Positions 1 through 11,190 of a DNA stretch of 64,000 nucleotides are shown here, in pieces. The notes beneath the pieces are model-generated. The model was not told where the DNA came from. It saw only the letters and a program-made list of their open reading frames with translations, and did not search any database. Origin of the DNA: Macrostomum lignano (lineage: Eukaryota); the NCBI GenBank assembly GCA_002269645.1, contig NIVC01000202.1, positions 248,001 to 312,000 on the forward strand, given 5' to 3'. How positions within the stretch are numbered: the stretch's first letter is position 1; each line of letters starts with the position of its first letter. A program made the translations under genes and the position numbers.

Positions 1-321
1 TGGCTTAAGGTTTAGACCGAACTTTAGTTGTCTATGGCTTTAGGTTTAGACCGAACTTTAGCTGTCTATGGCTTTAGGTTTAGACCGAACTTTAGTTGTC
101 TATGGCTTTAGGTTTAGACCGAACTTTAGTTGTCTATGGCTTTAGGTTTAGACCGAACTTTAGTTGTCTATGGCTTTAGGTTTAGACCGAACTTTAGTTG
201 TCTATGGCTTTAGGTTTAGACCGAACTTTAGTTGTCTATGGCTTTAGGTTTAGACCGAACTTTAGTTGTCTATGGCTTTAGGTTTAGACCGAACTTTAGT
301 TGTCTATGGCTTTAGGTTTAG
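1..321. repeat. 34-bp tandem minisatellite (CTTTAGGTTTAGACCGAACTTTAGTTGTCTATGG), ~9 copies, truncated by the window edge; probably intronic in the Gab-like gene
   Basis: GGTTTAGACCG recurs at 9, 43, 77..., a 34-bp period with near-identical units. Confidence 0.95.
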
Positions 322-488
322 AAATGAATTTAGAATGAAATTTGGCATAGTGGATAGAAAACTCCTATGGCTTTAAGCTGGTGATAATTGGTGCAGTTGT
401 CTATGGCATAAACTTGTCAAACTGGTGCAGTTTTGTCCTATTGATTAAACCACCGGCTATATGATTAAGCATATAGAGAATAACTCAC

Positions 489-1093
489 CGGCAAGCCAAC
501 AGTGGCCCCGGTGACCTCGCTATCGCCAACGGCGCCGCCATCAATTTCGTCATTGTTATCATCCGAGCTGCTGTCATCGTCGGATTCAACTAGAGAAGAC
601 GACTCCGAGGCTGCCAGAGCGGCCGCGTCAGCTCCCGCTGGTTTAACTCGGCTGCCAGACGCATCTCGTTCGCTTCGGCGACGCGGCAGCAGCAGCGGCT
701 CCGGCTCGTCGACTGCATCCTCGCCCGGCGGCGGCGGCGGCGCACGACTCGGCGAAGGCGACTGAGTCCGACGGAGGGAGTAGACCCGCGACAGGGGCGA
801 CAGCTTCTTGACGTTCATATAGTCGACGCCGCCGCTGCTATTGGGGTCGCCACCAGCGCTGGTTCGAGTTGGCACAGGCGGAGGCGGCTGCAGGCTCTGC
901 TGAGGCTGCGGCACCGCCCTAGCAGCTCCGCCGCTACTACTACTTTGATAACTATCGTTATTGCCACTCTTACTATTGTTATTAATATTATTATTGTTGT
1001 TGTTGTTAAAGAACTGAATACGATCGACGCTAACCCTAGTGCTAGTGCTAGACAGATTGATGTACTGACTGGCGTCTGGGTCCGCAGTGGCAT

Positions 1094-1124
<31 letters not shown>

Positions 1125-4100
1125 GGAGGCTGGCGGCAGACGGTAGTCATCTTCATCCTGGGATAACTCGCGATTCCCTCCTACAGGCGGAGGCAGTCTG
1201 TAATCGTCTTCATCAGAGTCCCGATTCCTAGCTGGCGGTGGCAGCCGGTACTCGTCCTCTGTGTAATTGCTTCTGTTGACTGGTGGCGGGACCCGGTACT
1301 CATCCTCTGTGTAAATGCTTCTATTGCCTGGTGGCGGGACCCGGTACTCGTCCTCTGTGTAATTGCTTCTGTTGCCTGGTGGCGGGACCCGGTACTCGTT
1401 GTCTTGGTGAGCGGCTGGGCTGGATGGCTGCTGCCAGCCGGGAGAGTTCAACTGAGGCCGACCTGGCGAGTGCCTGCTTGTACAGATGGTTTAACATTGA
1501 GATTGACACAGGATAGTCCGGCTCAGTGCAAAAAACTGGCTAGTCGGAGTCATCTTAGTCATCTTTCTTAGTCATTATTCAGTTGCACAGGGAGCTGAAG
1601 GATCAGGGAGGGGGTTGCACAGGGGAGCTGAAGGATCAGGGGAGCGGGTTGCACAGGGGAGCCGATCAGGGGGCGGGTTGCACAGGGGAGCTGAAGGATC
1701 AGGGGAGCGGGTTGCACAGGGGAGCCGAAGGATCAGGGGAGCGGGTTGCACAGGGGAGCTGGTTGCACAGGGGAGCTGAAGGATCAGGGGAGCGGGTTGC
1801 ACAGGGAAGCTGAAGGATCAGGGGAGCGGGTTGCACAGGGAAGCTGAAGGATCAGGGGAGCGGGTTGCACAGAGGAGCTGAAGGATCAGGGGAGCGGGTT
1901 GCACAGAGGAGCTGAAGGATCAGGGGAGCGGGTTGCACAGAGGAGCTGAAGGATCAGGGGAGCGGGTTGCACAGAGGAGCTAAAGGATCAGGGGAGCGGG
2001 TTGCACAGGGGAGCTGAAGGATCAGGGGAGCGGGTTGCACAGAGGAGCTGAAAGATCAGGGGAGCGGGTTGCACAGGGGAGCTGAAGGATCAGGGGAGCG
2101 GGTTGCACAGGGGAGCTGAAGGATCAGGGGAGCGGGTTGCACAGGGGAGCTGAAGGATCAGGGGCGCGGGTTGCACAGAGGAGCTGAAGGATCAGGGGCG
2201 CAGGTTGCACAGAGGAGCTGAAGGATCAGGGGAGCTGAAGGATCAGGGGAGCGGGTTGCACAGAGAAGCTGAAGGATCAGGGGAGCGGGTTGCACAGAGA
2301 AGCTGAAGGATCAGGGGCGCGGGTTGCACAGGGGAGCTGAAGGATCAGGGGAGCGGGTTGCACAGGGGAGCTGAAGGATCAGGGGCTGGTTGCACAGAGG
2401 AACTGAAGGATCAGGGGAGCGGGTTGCACAGAGGAGCTGAAGGATCAGGGGAGCGGGTTGCACAGGGGAGCTGAAGGATCAGGGGCTGGTTGCACAGAGG
2501 AGCTGAAGGATCAGGGGCTGGTTGCACAGAGGAGCTGAAGGATCAGGGGCGCGGGTTGCACAGAGGAGCTGAAGGATCAGGGGCGCGGGTTGCACAGGGG
2601 AGCTGAAGGATCAGGGGCTGGTTGCACAGAGGAGCTGAAGGATCAGGGGAGCGGGTTGCACAGGGGAGCTGAAGGATCAGGGGCTGGTTGCACAGAGGAG
2701 CTGAAGGATCAGGGGCTAGTTGCACAGAGGAGCTGAAGGATCAGGGGCGCGGGTTGCACAGAGGAGCTGAAGGATCAGGGGCGCGGGTTGCACAGGGGAG
2801 CTGAAGGATCAGGGGCGCGGGTTGCACAGAGAAGCTGAAGGATCAGGGGAGCGGGTTGCACAGGGGAGCTGAAGGATCAGGGGCGCGGGTTGCACAGATG
2901 AGCTGAAGGATCAGGGGAGCGGGTTGCACAGGGGAGCTGAAGGATCAGGAGCGCGGGTTGCACAGGGGAGCTGAAGGATCAGGGGCGCGGGTTGCACAGA
3001 GAAGCTGAAGGATCAGGGGAGCGGGTTGCACAGGGGAGCTGAAGGATCAGGGGCGCGGGTTGCACAGGGGAGCTGAAGGATCAGGGGCTGGTTGCACAGA
3101 GGAACTGAAGGATCAGGGGAGCGGGTTGCACAGGGGAGCTGAAGGATCAGGGGCGCGGGTTGCACAGAGGAGCTGAAGGATCAGGGGCGCAGGTTGCACA
3201 GAGGAGCTGAAGGATCAGGGGAGCTGAAGGATCAGGGGAGCGGGTTGCACAGGGGAGCTGAAGGATCAGGGGAGCGGGTTGCACAGGGGAGCTGAAGGAT
3301 CAGGGGAGCGGGTTGCACAGAGGAGCTGAAGGATCAGGGGAGCGGGTTGCACAGGGGAGCTGAAGGATTAGGGGCTGGTTGCACAGAGGAACTGAAGGAT
3401 CAGGGGAGCGGGTTGCACAGGGGAGCTGAAGGATCAGGGGCGCGGGTTGCACAGAGGAGCTGAAGGATCAGGGGCGCAGGTTGCACAGAGGAGCTGAAGG
3501 ATCAGGGGAGCTGAAGGATCAGGGGAGCTGAAGGATCAGGGGAGCGGGTTGCACAGGGGAGCTGAAGGATCAGGGGAGCGGGTTGCACAGGGGAGCTGAA
3601 GGATCAGGGGAGCGGGTTGCACAGAGGAGCTGAAGGATCAGGGGAGCGGGTTGCACAGGGGAGCTGAAGGATTAGGGGCTGGTTGCACAGAGGAACTGAA
3701 GGATCAGGGGAGCGGGTTGCACAGGGGAGCTGAAGGATCAGGGGCGCGGGTTGCACAGAGGAGCTGAAGGATCAGGGGCGCAGGTTGCACAGAGGAGCTG
3801 AAGGATCAGGGGAGCTGAAGGATCAGGGGAGCGGGTTGCACAGAGAAGCTGAAGGATCAGGGGAGCGGGTTGCACAGAGAAGCTGAAGGATCAGGGGCGC
3901 GGGTTGCACAGGGGAGCTGAAGGATCAGGGGCGCGGGTTGCACAGAGGAGCTGAAGGATCAGGGGAGCGGGTTGCACAGAGAAGCTGAAGGATCAGGGGC
4001 ACGGGTTGCACAGAGAAGCTGAAGGATCAGGGGAGCGGGTTGCACAGGGGAGCTGAAGGATCAGGGGAGCGGGTTGCACAGGGGAGCTGAAGGATCAGGG

Positions 4101-6319
4101 GAGCGGGTTGCACAGGGGAGCTGAAGGATCAGGGGAGCGGGTTGCACAGAGGAGCTGAAGGATCAGGGGAGCGGGTTGCACAGGGGAGCTGAAGGATTAG
4201 GGGCTGGTTGCACAGAGAAACTGAAGGATCAGGGGAGCGGGTTGCACAGGGGAGCTGAAGGATCAGGGGCGCGGGTTGCACAGAGGAGCTGAAGGATCAG
4301 GGGCGCAGGTTGCACAGAGGAGCTGAAGGATCAGGGGAGCTGAAGGATCAGGGGAGCGGGTTGCACAGAGAAGCTGAAGGATCAGGGGAGCGGGTTGCAC
4401 AGAGAAGCTGAAGGATCAGGGGAGCGGGTTGCACAGAGAAGCTGAAGGATCAGGGGCGCGGGTTGCACAGGGGAGCTGAAGGATCAGGGGAGCGGGTTGC
4501 ACAGGGGAGCTGAAGGATCAGGGGCTGGTTGCACAGAGGAGCTGAAGGATCAGGGGAGCGGGTTGCACAGGGGAGCTGAAGGATCAGGGGAGCGGGTTGC
4601 ACAGGGGAGCTGAAGGATCAGGGGAGCGGGTTGCACAGGGGAGCTGAAGGATCAGGGGAGCGGGTTGCACAGGGGAGCTGAAGGATCAGGGGAGCGGGTT
4701 GCACAGGGGAGCTGAAGGATCAGGGGAGCGGGTTGCACAGGGGAGCTGAAGGATCAGGGGAGCGGGTTGCACAGGGGAGCTGAAGGATCAGGGGAGCGGG
4801 TTGCACAGGGGAGCTGAAGGATCAGGGGCTGGTTGCAACCAGCCTGTGCATGCACAGGGGAGCCGAATGCTCACCTGAGACTGCCGCTATCAAAAAAGCC
4901 GCCCTGAACGGGGAAACGAGCAGGGGCATGCAACTGCTGCTGCTGCATCATGAGAAGCTGTCTCTGAGGATTTTGCTGCACAGTCAAGAATCCATTGCCC
5001 TGCATTGGTGGAAAAGATGAATTGGCCGTGTCACTAAAATCAGCCGGAGGAGCCATATCCAGCGAGAATTCGTCTTCGCCCAGATTGCAGGCCTCGCTTA
5101 AACAGTTAACCCAGCGCTCCATCTGAGTCTGACTCTCCGGCATAAAATAATAGGTGCGCTGGTGCCGCCTGTGAATAGTTTCAAGCAGAAAGAATGGAGT
5201 CTGCTCGGCCGGAGCGCGCAATAATTTTGGCGGCAGCTTGTTTAATACATAGGTAGGCGGTATAACATGCGTAGTGATGTTGCTGGCGTCATCCAGGTTG
5301 ACTTCGCCTTTCAGTTTGGTCTGTAAGTCGTCTTCGAAATAGGCCAAGCGATAGCGAATAGGGCTGGTGTACACCTTCGACAGTACAAAGTAGCGCCGGC
5401 GCCAGCGCTGAGTGGGAATACAATGGGATTTGAACAGGCTTTAGACTTGGGAACTTTTGGCTTCTTTCTGGCTTCCATCAAGTGCACTACAAACCCTACT
5501 GATCCCTCAGTGCACTGCTAACCTCTCTGATCCATCAGTGCACTGCTAACCCCTCTGATCCCTCAGTGCACTGCTATTGGGGGCCGTAGCCCAGCGGTAG
5601 CGCAGCTGCTCTGGTGTGCCAGCGACCCAGGCTCGATTCCAAGTGCAGTCACATTAATTTGGGGCTGAATTGGAATTTCGGCTTGGCTCTGCTCGTGCAA
5701 TTAACGGCCTTGAGAGCCAACCCCCCAAGGCGCAGTGAAGTGTACATGCCTAACGATAAAATAAAGTTAGGGCCGCTGTACACTCCTGTGTGAGTGTGTG
5801 CCTGCGTACGTATCCGCGCGCTTGTGTGCCTACTCAGGGGAGTCAGCGGAATGGGCAGTAAGTAATGCCTCTCGCCGGTTGTATGCCTATGTCGCTTAAA
5901 GTGCGCCAGGGTGCACACAACCCCCTGCCTCTAATAATAAATAACAGTGCACTGCTAACCCCTCTGGTCCCTCCATCCGTGCACCTTACTCTAGATCTAT
6001 CTACTCTAGTAGATACTCTAGTAATTCAGTGCACTGCTATCTACCTACTCTGGTGATACAAGATCAACCCCCTTTAAAATTCTAGTTAGACATCATGCTA
6101 TTGTAAAGCTTAGTTTCTCATACTTTCACAAAAGCATTTCAAAATATTCCATTCAAACTTTGTAAAGCAGAATCCTCCTCCCGAAACACAAAGAAGTCAA
6201 CTTACAGGCTGCAGTCTTTCTGGCCTTCGAAATATACTAGGAGGCTTAGATCCTTTGGAAGGTTGAAATGGTGGCGATTTAACCAGCCAACCTTTGAACA
6301 TTATCTCCTTGCGAGACAT
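489..6319 (-). CDS. Gab: Gab/DOS-family PH-domain docking protein; exons 6319-6206, 5407-4875, 1473-489; 3' part probably continues beyond the window start
   Basis: Exon 1 MSRKEIMFKGWLVKSPP...LQP|gtaagt (phase 0) joins cag|RWRRRYFVLSKV...TYYFMPESQTQMERWVNCLSEAC, the GWLxKSPP...WxRRYFVL N-terminal PH signature of Gab/DOS. A phase-2 junction AG|gtgag...cag|G restores the 465-1451 frame. Downstream are YxxP, YxN (YINL, YMNV) and PPPVPxR motifs. A perfect GTGAGT donor at 488 suggests further exons. Confidence 0.85.
1581..4835. repeat. 34-bp G-rich minisatellite (GGGTTGCACAGGGGAGCTGAAGGATCAGGGGAGC), roughly 95 copies, filling nearly the whole Gab intron 2
   Basis: Direct reading of the tandem units. 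Rare variants such as GGATTAGGGG recur at ~3367, 3669 and 4195. Confidence 0.97.
5480..6050. repeat. Short 28-bp minisatellite (CAGTGCACTGCTAACCCCTCTGATCCCT), split by a SINE insertion
   Basis: CAGTGCAC at 5508, 5536 and 5564, then again at 5945 after the SINE. Confidence 0.8.
5577..5944 (+). mobile_element. tRNA-derived SINE, apparently full length, in Gab intron 1
   Basis: Head GGGGCCGTAGCCCAGCGGTAGCGC...CCCAGGCTCGATTCC has Pol III A-box (TAGCCCAGCGG) and B-box (GGCTCGATTCC) matches. The tail is TAATAATAAATAA. A 13-bp direct flank CAGTGCACTGCTA lies at 5564-5576 and 5945-5957. The body is homologous to copies at ~23.4 and ~29.4 kb. Confidence 0.8.
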
Positions 6320-6799
6320 ATTTGTTAGCCTATTGCTGTGTGTATGCCTTGTGGCACAACAAATAAGGTGGTCCAGTTGGAATAGAAGAGCAATGCCACT
6401 TCACTAGCTGAAAATTTTAATAACTATTGCTGTGTATAGTAAACTTACAACTTTAATTTCAAACTAACAATTGAATATAACATAGAGTTTTTTTGTTTTA
6501 TTAAGTATTTTAGTCTTCTTTTCAAAAGAACGTCTTAGACAACCCATAGAAGTAAAAAGTATATATACTACCAGTAAGTCAAGATTACATCATAAACTAA
6601 TTAAAATTATAAAGTATCCCTAGCTTTTTATCTAGAAATTAAGCTATTTTGCACAAAATGTCAAATTTTAATGTGCAATTTTGGAAATTAAGCTGATATT
6701 TTTGCATCACAAAACTTATTTTATACCTACTTTATACCTCTGCTTTTTGGTATTGTACTTTGCTTTTAGGTACTTAAATTATAAGCTAGAAATTAAATG

Positions 6800-7295
6800 C
6801 TAAAATTAGAAAGAATAAATGCTTTATAGTACTTTGCTCTGTGCATGGATTCTCTGCAGTCAGCAAAATGACAGTTTATCGATGGATGGAGCAGTTCAGT
6901 GAGGGAAGGACTGACTTGGCAGATCAGCATCGGATAAGGTGGCCATATGTTCATCAACCTGGTGTACTGGCGGACTCCATTCTGGATCTTCTTGACAAGG
7001 ACTCCCAAATTACCATTAGAGAGATGACTGACAAGTTGGATAAGCCAAAATCAACAATTTATTGAAGCTTACTTGGCATGGATATTGTGAAGCTCAGCCT
7101 ATAATTTGTGTAACTCTATGGTACAGGTACTTTCATGGGTATAACTTTTGTTCTCTGGTATCAATTTTAAAAAAATTCAAAAAACACTCTGTAGAAGAGA
7201 TTTGCCACTATTAGTTCATAATATTTTAAATCACAGGAAGCTATAGAATGAGAGCTACAGTTAAAAGTATCACTACTTTTTGGACACCTTTCATA
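6800..7295 (+). mobile_element. Degenerate mariner-type transposon remnant (transposase HTH fragment plus one TIR-like end)
   Basis: ORF 6841-7065 VYRWMEQFSEGRTDLADQHR...ILDLLDKDSQITIREMTDKLDKPKSTIY resembles the mariner/SETMAR N-terminal HTH. 7271-7295 reads TA-TGAAAGGTGTCCAAAAAGTAGTG on the minus strand, like a mariner TIR. No catalytic domain is visible. Confidence 0.7.
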
Positions 7296-7513
7296 CAATG
7301 ATTATAACAAAAGCAGTTTCACTTGGCTTTATTTATATGGCTACATTAAGTCAAAACCTTAGGCCCAGATAGTGTTTTATGGAAAGTTATACATTGACAA
7401 TAATAAACCATTTTGTTATTTATATAGTCACCATAATATTAACAATTGTCTACAATAATAAATACTATAAAATTACTATGGTTCTATGATAAGAACCATA
7501 AGAAGTTATTATT

Positions 7514-7827
7514 ATATCAATCATACATGCGCAACAGTCGGCCGAGTCGGCCGATCTGGCTGACCAATTTGGTGGCCAACCAAGGAAGTTGCAAAAATGC
7601 CCACCTGAAAAAATACCAAAGTAGTAGTACTAAATAGCTGACAAGGCATTTCGACTTAATAAGACAGTCATAGCTACTCCTGCTGTTTACCCAAAGTTGC
7701 GTCAATTTTGTGTTTGGTTTTTTTTACATGTAAGTCATATTTTTGGCCAAAAACTACGTCGCATTTTTGTTAAAACTAAGTTGCATGGCTGACCAAATTT
7801 TGGAGGTTGCGCATGTATGAATGATAT
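7514..7827. mobile_element. Putative MITE (~310 bp)
   Basis: TCATACATGCGCAAC (7521-7535) is the exact reverse complement of GTTGCGCATGTATGA (7806-7820), extending to 22 bp with one mismatch. No coding capacity, and no clear TSD. Confidence 0.55.
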
Positions 7828-9371
7828 CAATATATTTTATTTAAAATATGTTTCTTTATTTTTTTAAATTTAACCACCCTAGTATTAGCACTGAAAGTTT
7901 ATTACTTCCTTTAGATGGTATTTGTTTTAAGTGTTTGGACCATAAAAATAACCATCTTACTATTTATAGTATATATGGTAATCACCATAACAATAACAAC
8001 TGCCATAAATAATATTAATAATTATGAATTAGCAATATTGATAGGGGCCTATTAAAATAATGCCAAATGGTTAGTTAGAGGCAGAGGTATATGTTAACAA
8101 TTGAATTTATATTATATTAAGCCTTTAATAAAAGATTCGGCACTGGGTAGAAAGAAAGCTTATCAATATGATTATGCACATTATGAATTAGTGATTATCA
8201 TTATCATTATCAAAAAAGGGGAATAGGCTAGTGGTTGCCATGCCTCCTTATTTTTGAAAAGGTCTAAGAGTCTAAGTTATGCATAGTTGCCCAGCTAGAG
8301 ACCTTATGATATGAGGGACAAGCAGTATGAATGTCTCAAAGCCAGAAAAAATGATCAAAAATGATTTTACAAAATCATACTGATCGCTTTTGTAATATAG
8401 GATTGATGCTTTCATTTTCAGAATACAAAGAAATTATGCCGGCACTAGTGCCATTATGCCAGCCATTTAGTAGTAGAATTAGTTGTATCTCAGTATCTGG
8501 ACTGTATTGTATGCTATTGTACCGACAAACGACAATAAATATTAAACAAAGACCAAAGCATTAAATTCGCAAAGACGAGGAATTAATCATAAAGTAGAAT
8601 GTAGGCCTAGAAATAAAAGTGTAATACAATGTGCAATAAATGTAATAAATGTGTAATACAAGTAAAACAGCAAAATCGTTTAAAAATCTGGAGCAGACAG
8701 AAAGTACTTTAAAACGTCTCTTTAGTGCTTTTTCATGATCGAAAAACAACAGCATGTTTGATTTTGTTTACATCCTGCATTCTGCATAAAAAGCCATCAA
8801 TATGACTCGTTAAATTTTTTTATATTGTTTTTAATCTTTAGGCAATTTCTACCAAAGTCAGTAACACGTCATGGCGTTCAAGTATGCTAGCCTTATTTGT
8901 TTTAATACTTCATATTTTGTGCACCTAAAATCTCTCGGATTGTTTGCATGTCGATACTTTTTATTAATATTATATTTTTAATGTAGCATTTTACGGTCTC
9001 CTTTACGCAGCGAGCAAATAATTAACGCCAGTTTACAGAAACCTCACAGCCGCTGCAGCTCGCAGCTGACTGCTACCAAATTTGGCCATAGATGACGATT
9101 AATTTAACGGTTGGAGCAACAATTTAACGCTTTTAGAGTGAATTGTTTGGTTTAATTTAGTTAGGCCTTTTAATGCTGTAACGTTGCACACATAATATTA
9201 TATAACGAAGCTTTTAATATCAACAGAAATCAGGAAACTCAGAAAGCACACAATATTGCTCCTAAAGCCCAAGGTTCAACTAAACAAAATGATCTCCAGC
9301 AAGCAGATCAGGATGTGCTGCAGCATCTGCCGAAACTTAGCCTCCGCACTTAGCTAAACGTCACCTCAGAG

Positions 9372-9777
9372 CATGGATCGGCAAACTTTTTTACCTGAAG
9401 GGCCAGATAGAGAATCTTAAGAATGGCTGCGGGCCGGAGGAGGGGGGAGGAGAGGGAATTAGGAGCTGAGAGAAGGGGAGATAAAAGAAAGGAGAGTCGA
9501 GAGAATAAAGGAGCTTGAAGTGGCGAGAAGAGGAGAGGGGAGAGAGGAGAAAGATGAGGAGATGAGGAGAATTGAGAGGAGACGTGAGGAGAGACGATGG
9601 AGACGAGAGAGGAGAGAGAAATTGAGAGTAAAGTGGAGATTAGAAAAGAGCGCTGAGAAGAGACACAAACATAGAGCGGGTCGAATTGCTATTGTGAAGT
9701 TTCAAAGGACCCGAGGGTCGGATAGAGAGGCTCTGCGGGCCGCACGTGGCCCGAGGGCCAGAGTTTGCCGACCCCTA
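9372..9777. mobile_element. Non-autonomous hAT-Charlie-like element with an internal GA-rich array
   Basis: Termini CATGGATCGGCAAACTTTTT...AAGGGCCAGATAG and GCGGGCCGCA...AGTTTGCCGACCCCTA resemble hAT-Charlie (MER58-type) ends as I recall them. No clean 8-bp TSD is seen. Confidence 0.65.
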
Positions 9778-10852
9778 GCTGCCTTAAAGCAACCGTTATT
9801 TAGCACCACAAAATCCTCTAATTGAATTGCCAGCTAGGGTCTTAGAGGCCTAATGACTGCTTTTCTCTGCATCAGCGCTGCTGAAGAAAAGCTTGCAGTC
9901 ACATTTATGGTCAAGAGCTATTGTAAATAGGAATTCGATAATGTAATACGAGCGTAGTATAGTACGTTTCCCTGACCCTACAGTCTCACCATGCTTGACG
10001 TAATATATTGTTCTGCATAAAAATGTGAATAATGATTTTCAAATTGCTAGAAAATGCACATCGCTCAATTGACAGGATTGAGAATGACAGTTTCAGGAAA
10101 ACGAACGACAGCAGGAAACTGAATACTGTGAAGTGGGAATTTTAATTTTTAATAATGCTTGTATCCACCACGAGCAGCCAGTAAGGCAGACACTCGCCGA
10201 GGCATCCCCAGGATGAAGGCAATTCTGCGGAAGTCTTTGCTAGGCGACGTCTGCTATCGCCTGCCGCAGCTGAGCAAAATTCTGTGACAGATTTTCCCTG
10301 ATCCGCCGTCGAAGTGTTTGAGCATTCAGAATACCTGCTTCTCTCAACCCATGTTAGGCGGAGAAGAGTAGCCGGCAGTTGAGGGTTCCCTTCAACCATC
10401 CACAAAAATTGCCGGTTAGCCCAGCTGACAGTTGGTGCTGCGTAGATCATGACGTTCTTTGTCGCGATGAGCCCACACTCCCTGTCTCCCTGGGCTTTAG
10501 TTACAGCATGCGGATTGCTGACCAATTTTGTCTATGGTCGAACTGTTGGACCGAATTGCCACTCAACTGAGAGTGTGTGCACTTTCGTCTGTTGCAAAGA
10601 GCCCAGCACAGTCTATATTCACCATAGACTAAGAACTGAAATCACCAAGCAATTCGGTTTTTTTTCGCTATCAATTTTCGTATTTCACGAACATTGAACT
10701 CCAAACCACCTCTCTGCGTCTCTCTGCGCCATTCTTTTCTTTAGCCATGCCTTCCAGCTGTGGCACAAATTGCTCACAGTTAAAGTAAAACCAAATTCAT
10801 TTCTGTTGTCTACTAGATGAGAAAATGATTATTGCACTAGTTACTTGCTATC

Positions 10853-11190
10853 TGAGAGATGCTTGCCATCTGGGAGATGCTTGCCATCTGGGAGATGCTT
10901 GCCATCTGGGAGATGCTTGCCATCTGGGAGATGTTTGCCATCTGGGAGATGCTTGCCATCTGGGAGATGCTTGCCATCTGGGAGATGCTTGCCATCTGGG
11001 AGATGCTTGCCATCTGGGAGATGCTTGCCATCTGGGAGATGCTTGCCATCTGGGAGATGCTTGCCATCTGGGAGATGCTTGCCATCTGGGAGATGCTTGC
11101 CATCTGGGAGATGCTTGCCATCTGGGAGATGCTTGCCATCTGGGAGATGCTTGCCATCTGGGAGATGCTTGCCATCTGGGAGATGCTTGC
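10853..11190. repeat. 18-bp minisatellite (GGGAGATGCTTGCCATCT), ~19 copies, decaying to ~11410
   Basis: Direct tandem reading. It explains the DACHLG, MASISQ and MLAIWE pseudo-ORFs. Confidence 0.97.

Noticed and set aside
1-321. Telomeric repeat
   Set aside because: It contains TTTAGG-like hexamers, but the true period is 34 bp and it lies next to a probable splice donor.
502-1516. Plus-strand ORFs overlapping Gab exon 3, and similar antisense ORFs over the GPCR, discoidin and eve exons
   Set aside because: They are shadows of GC-rich coding sequence on the opposite strand or frame.
1581-4835. CRISPR-like array (also 1-321, 21322-23070, 24349-25205)
   Set aside because: Units are head-to-tail with no unique spacers, there are no cas genes, and the context is eukaryotic and intronic.
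5577-5650. Functional tRNA gene
   Set aside because: A/B boxes are present, but the acceptor and anticodon stems do not close and the sequence runs into a repeat body with a tail and TSD, so it is a SINE head.
10142-10525. 127-aa minus-strand ORF as a gene
   Set aside because: No recognisable domain and no convincing splice or start context.
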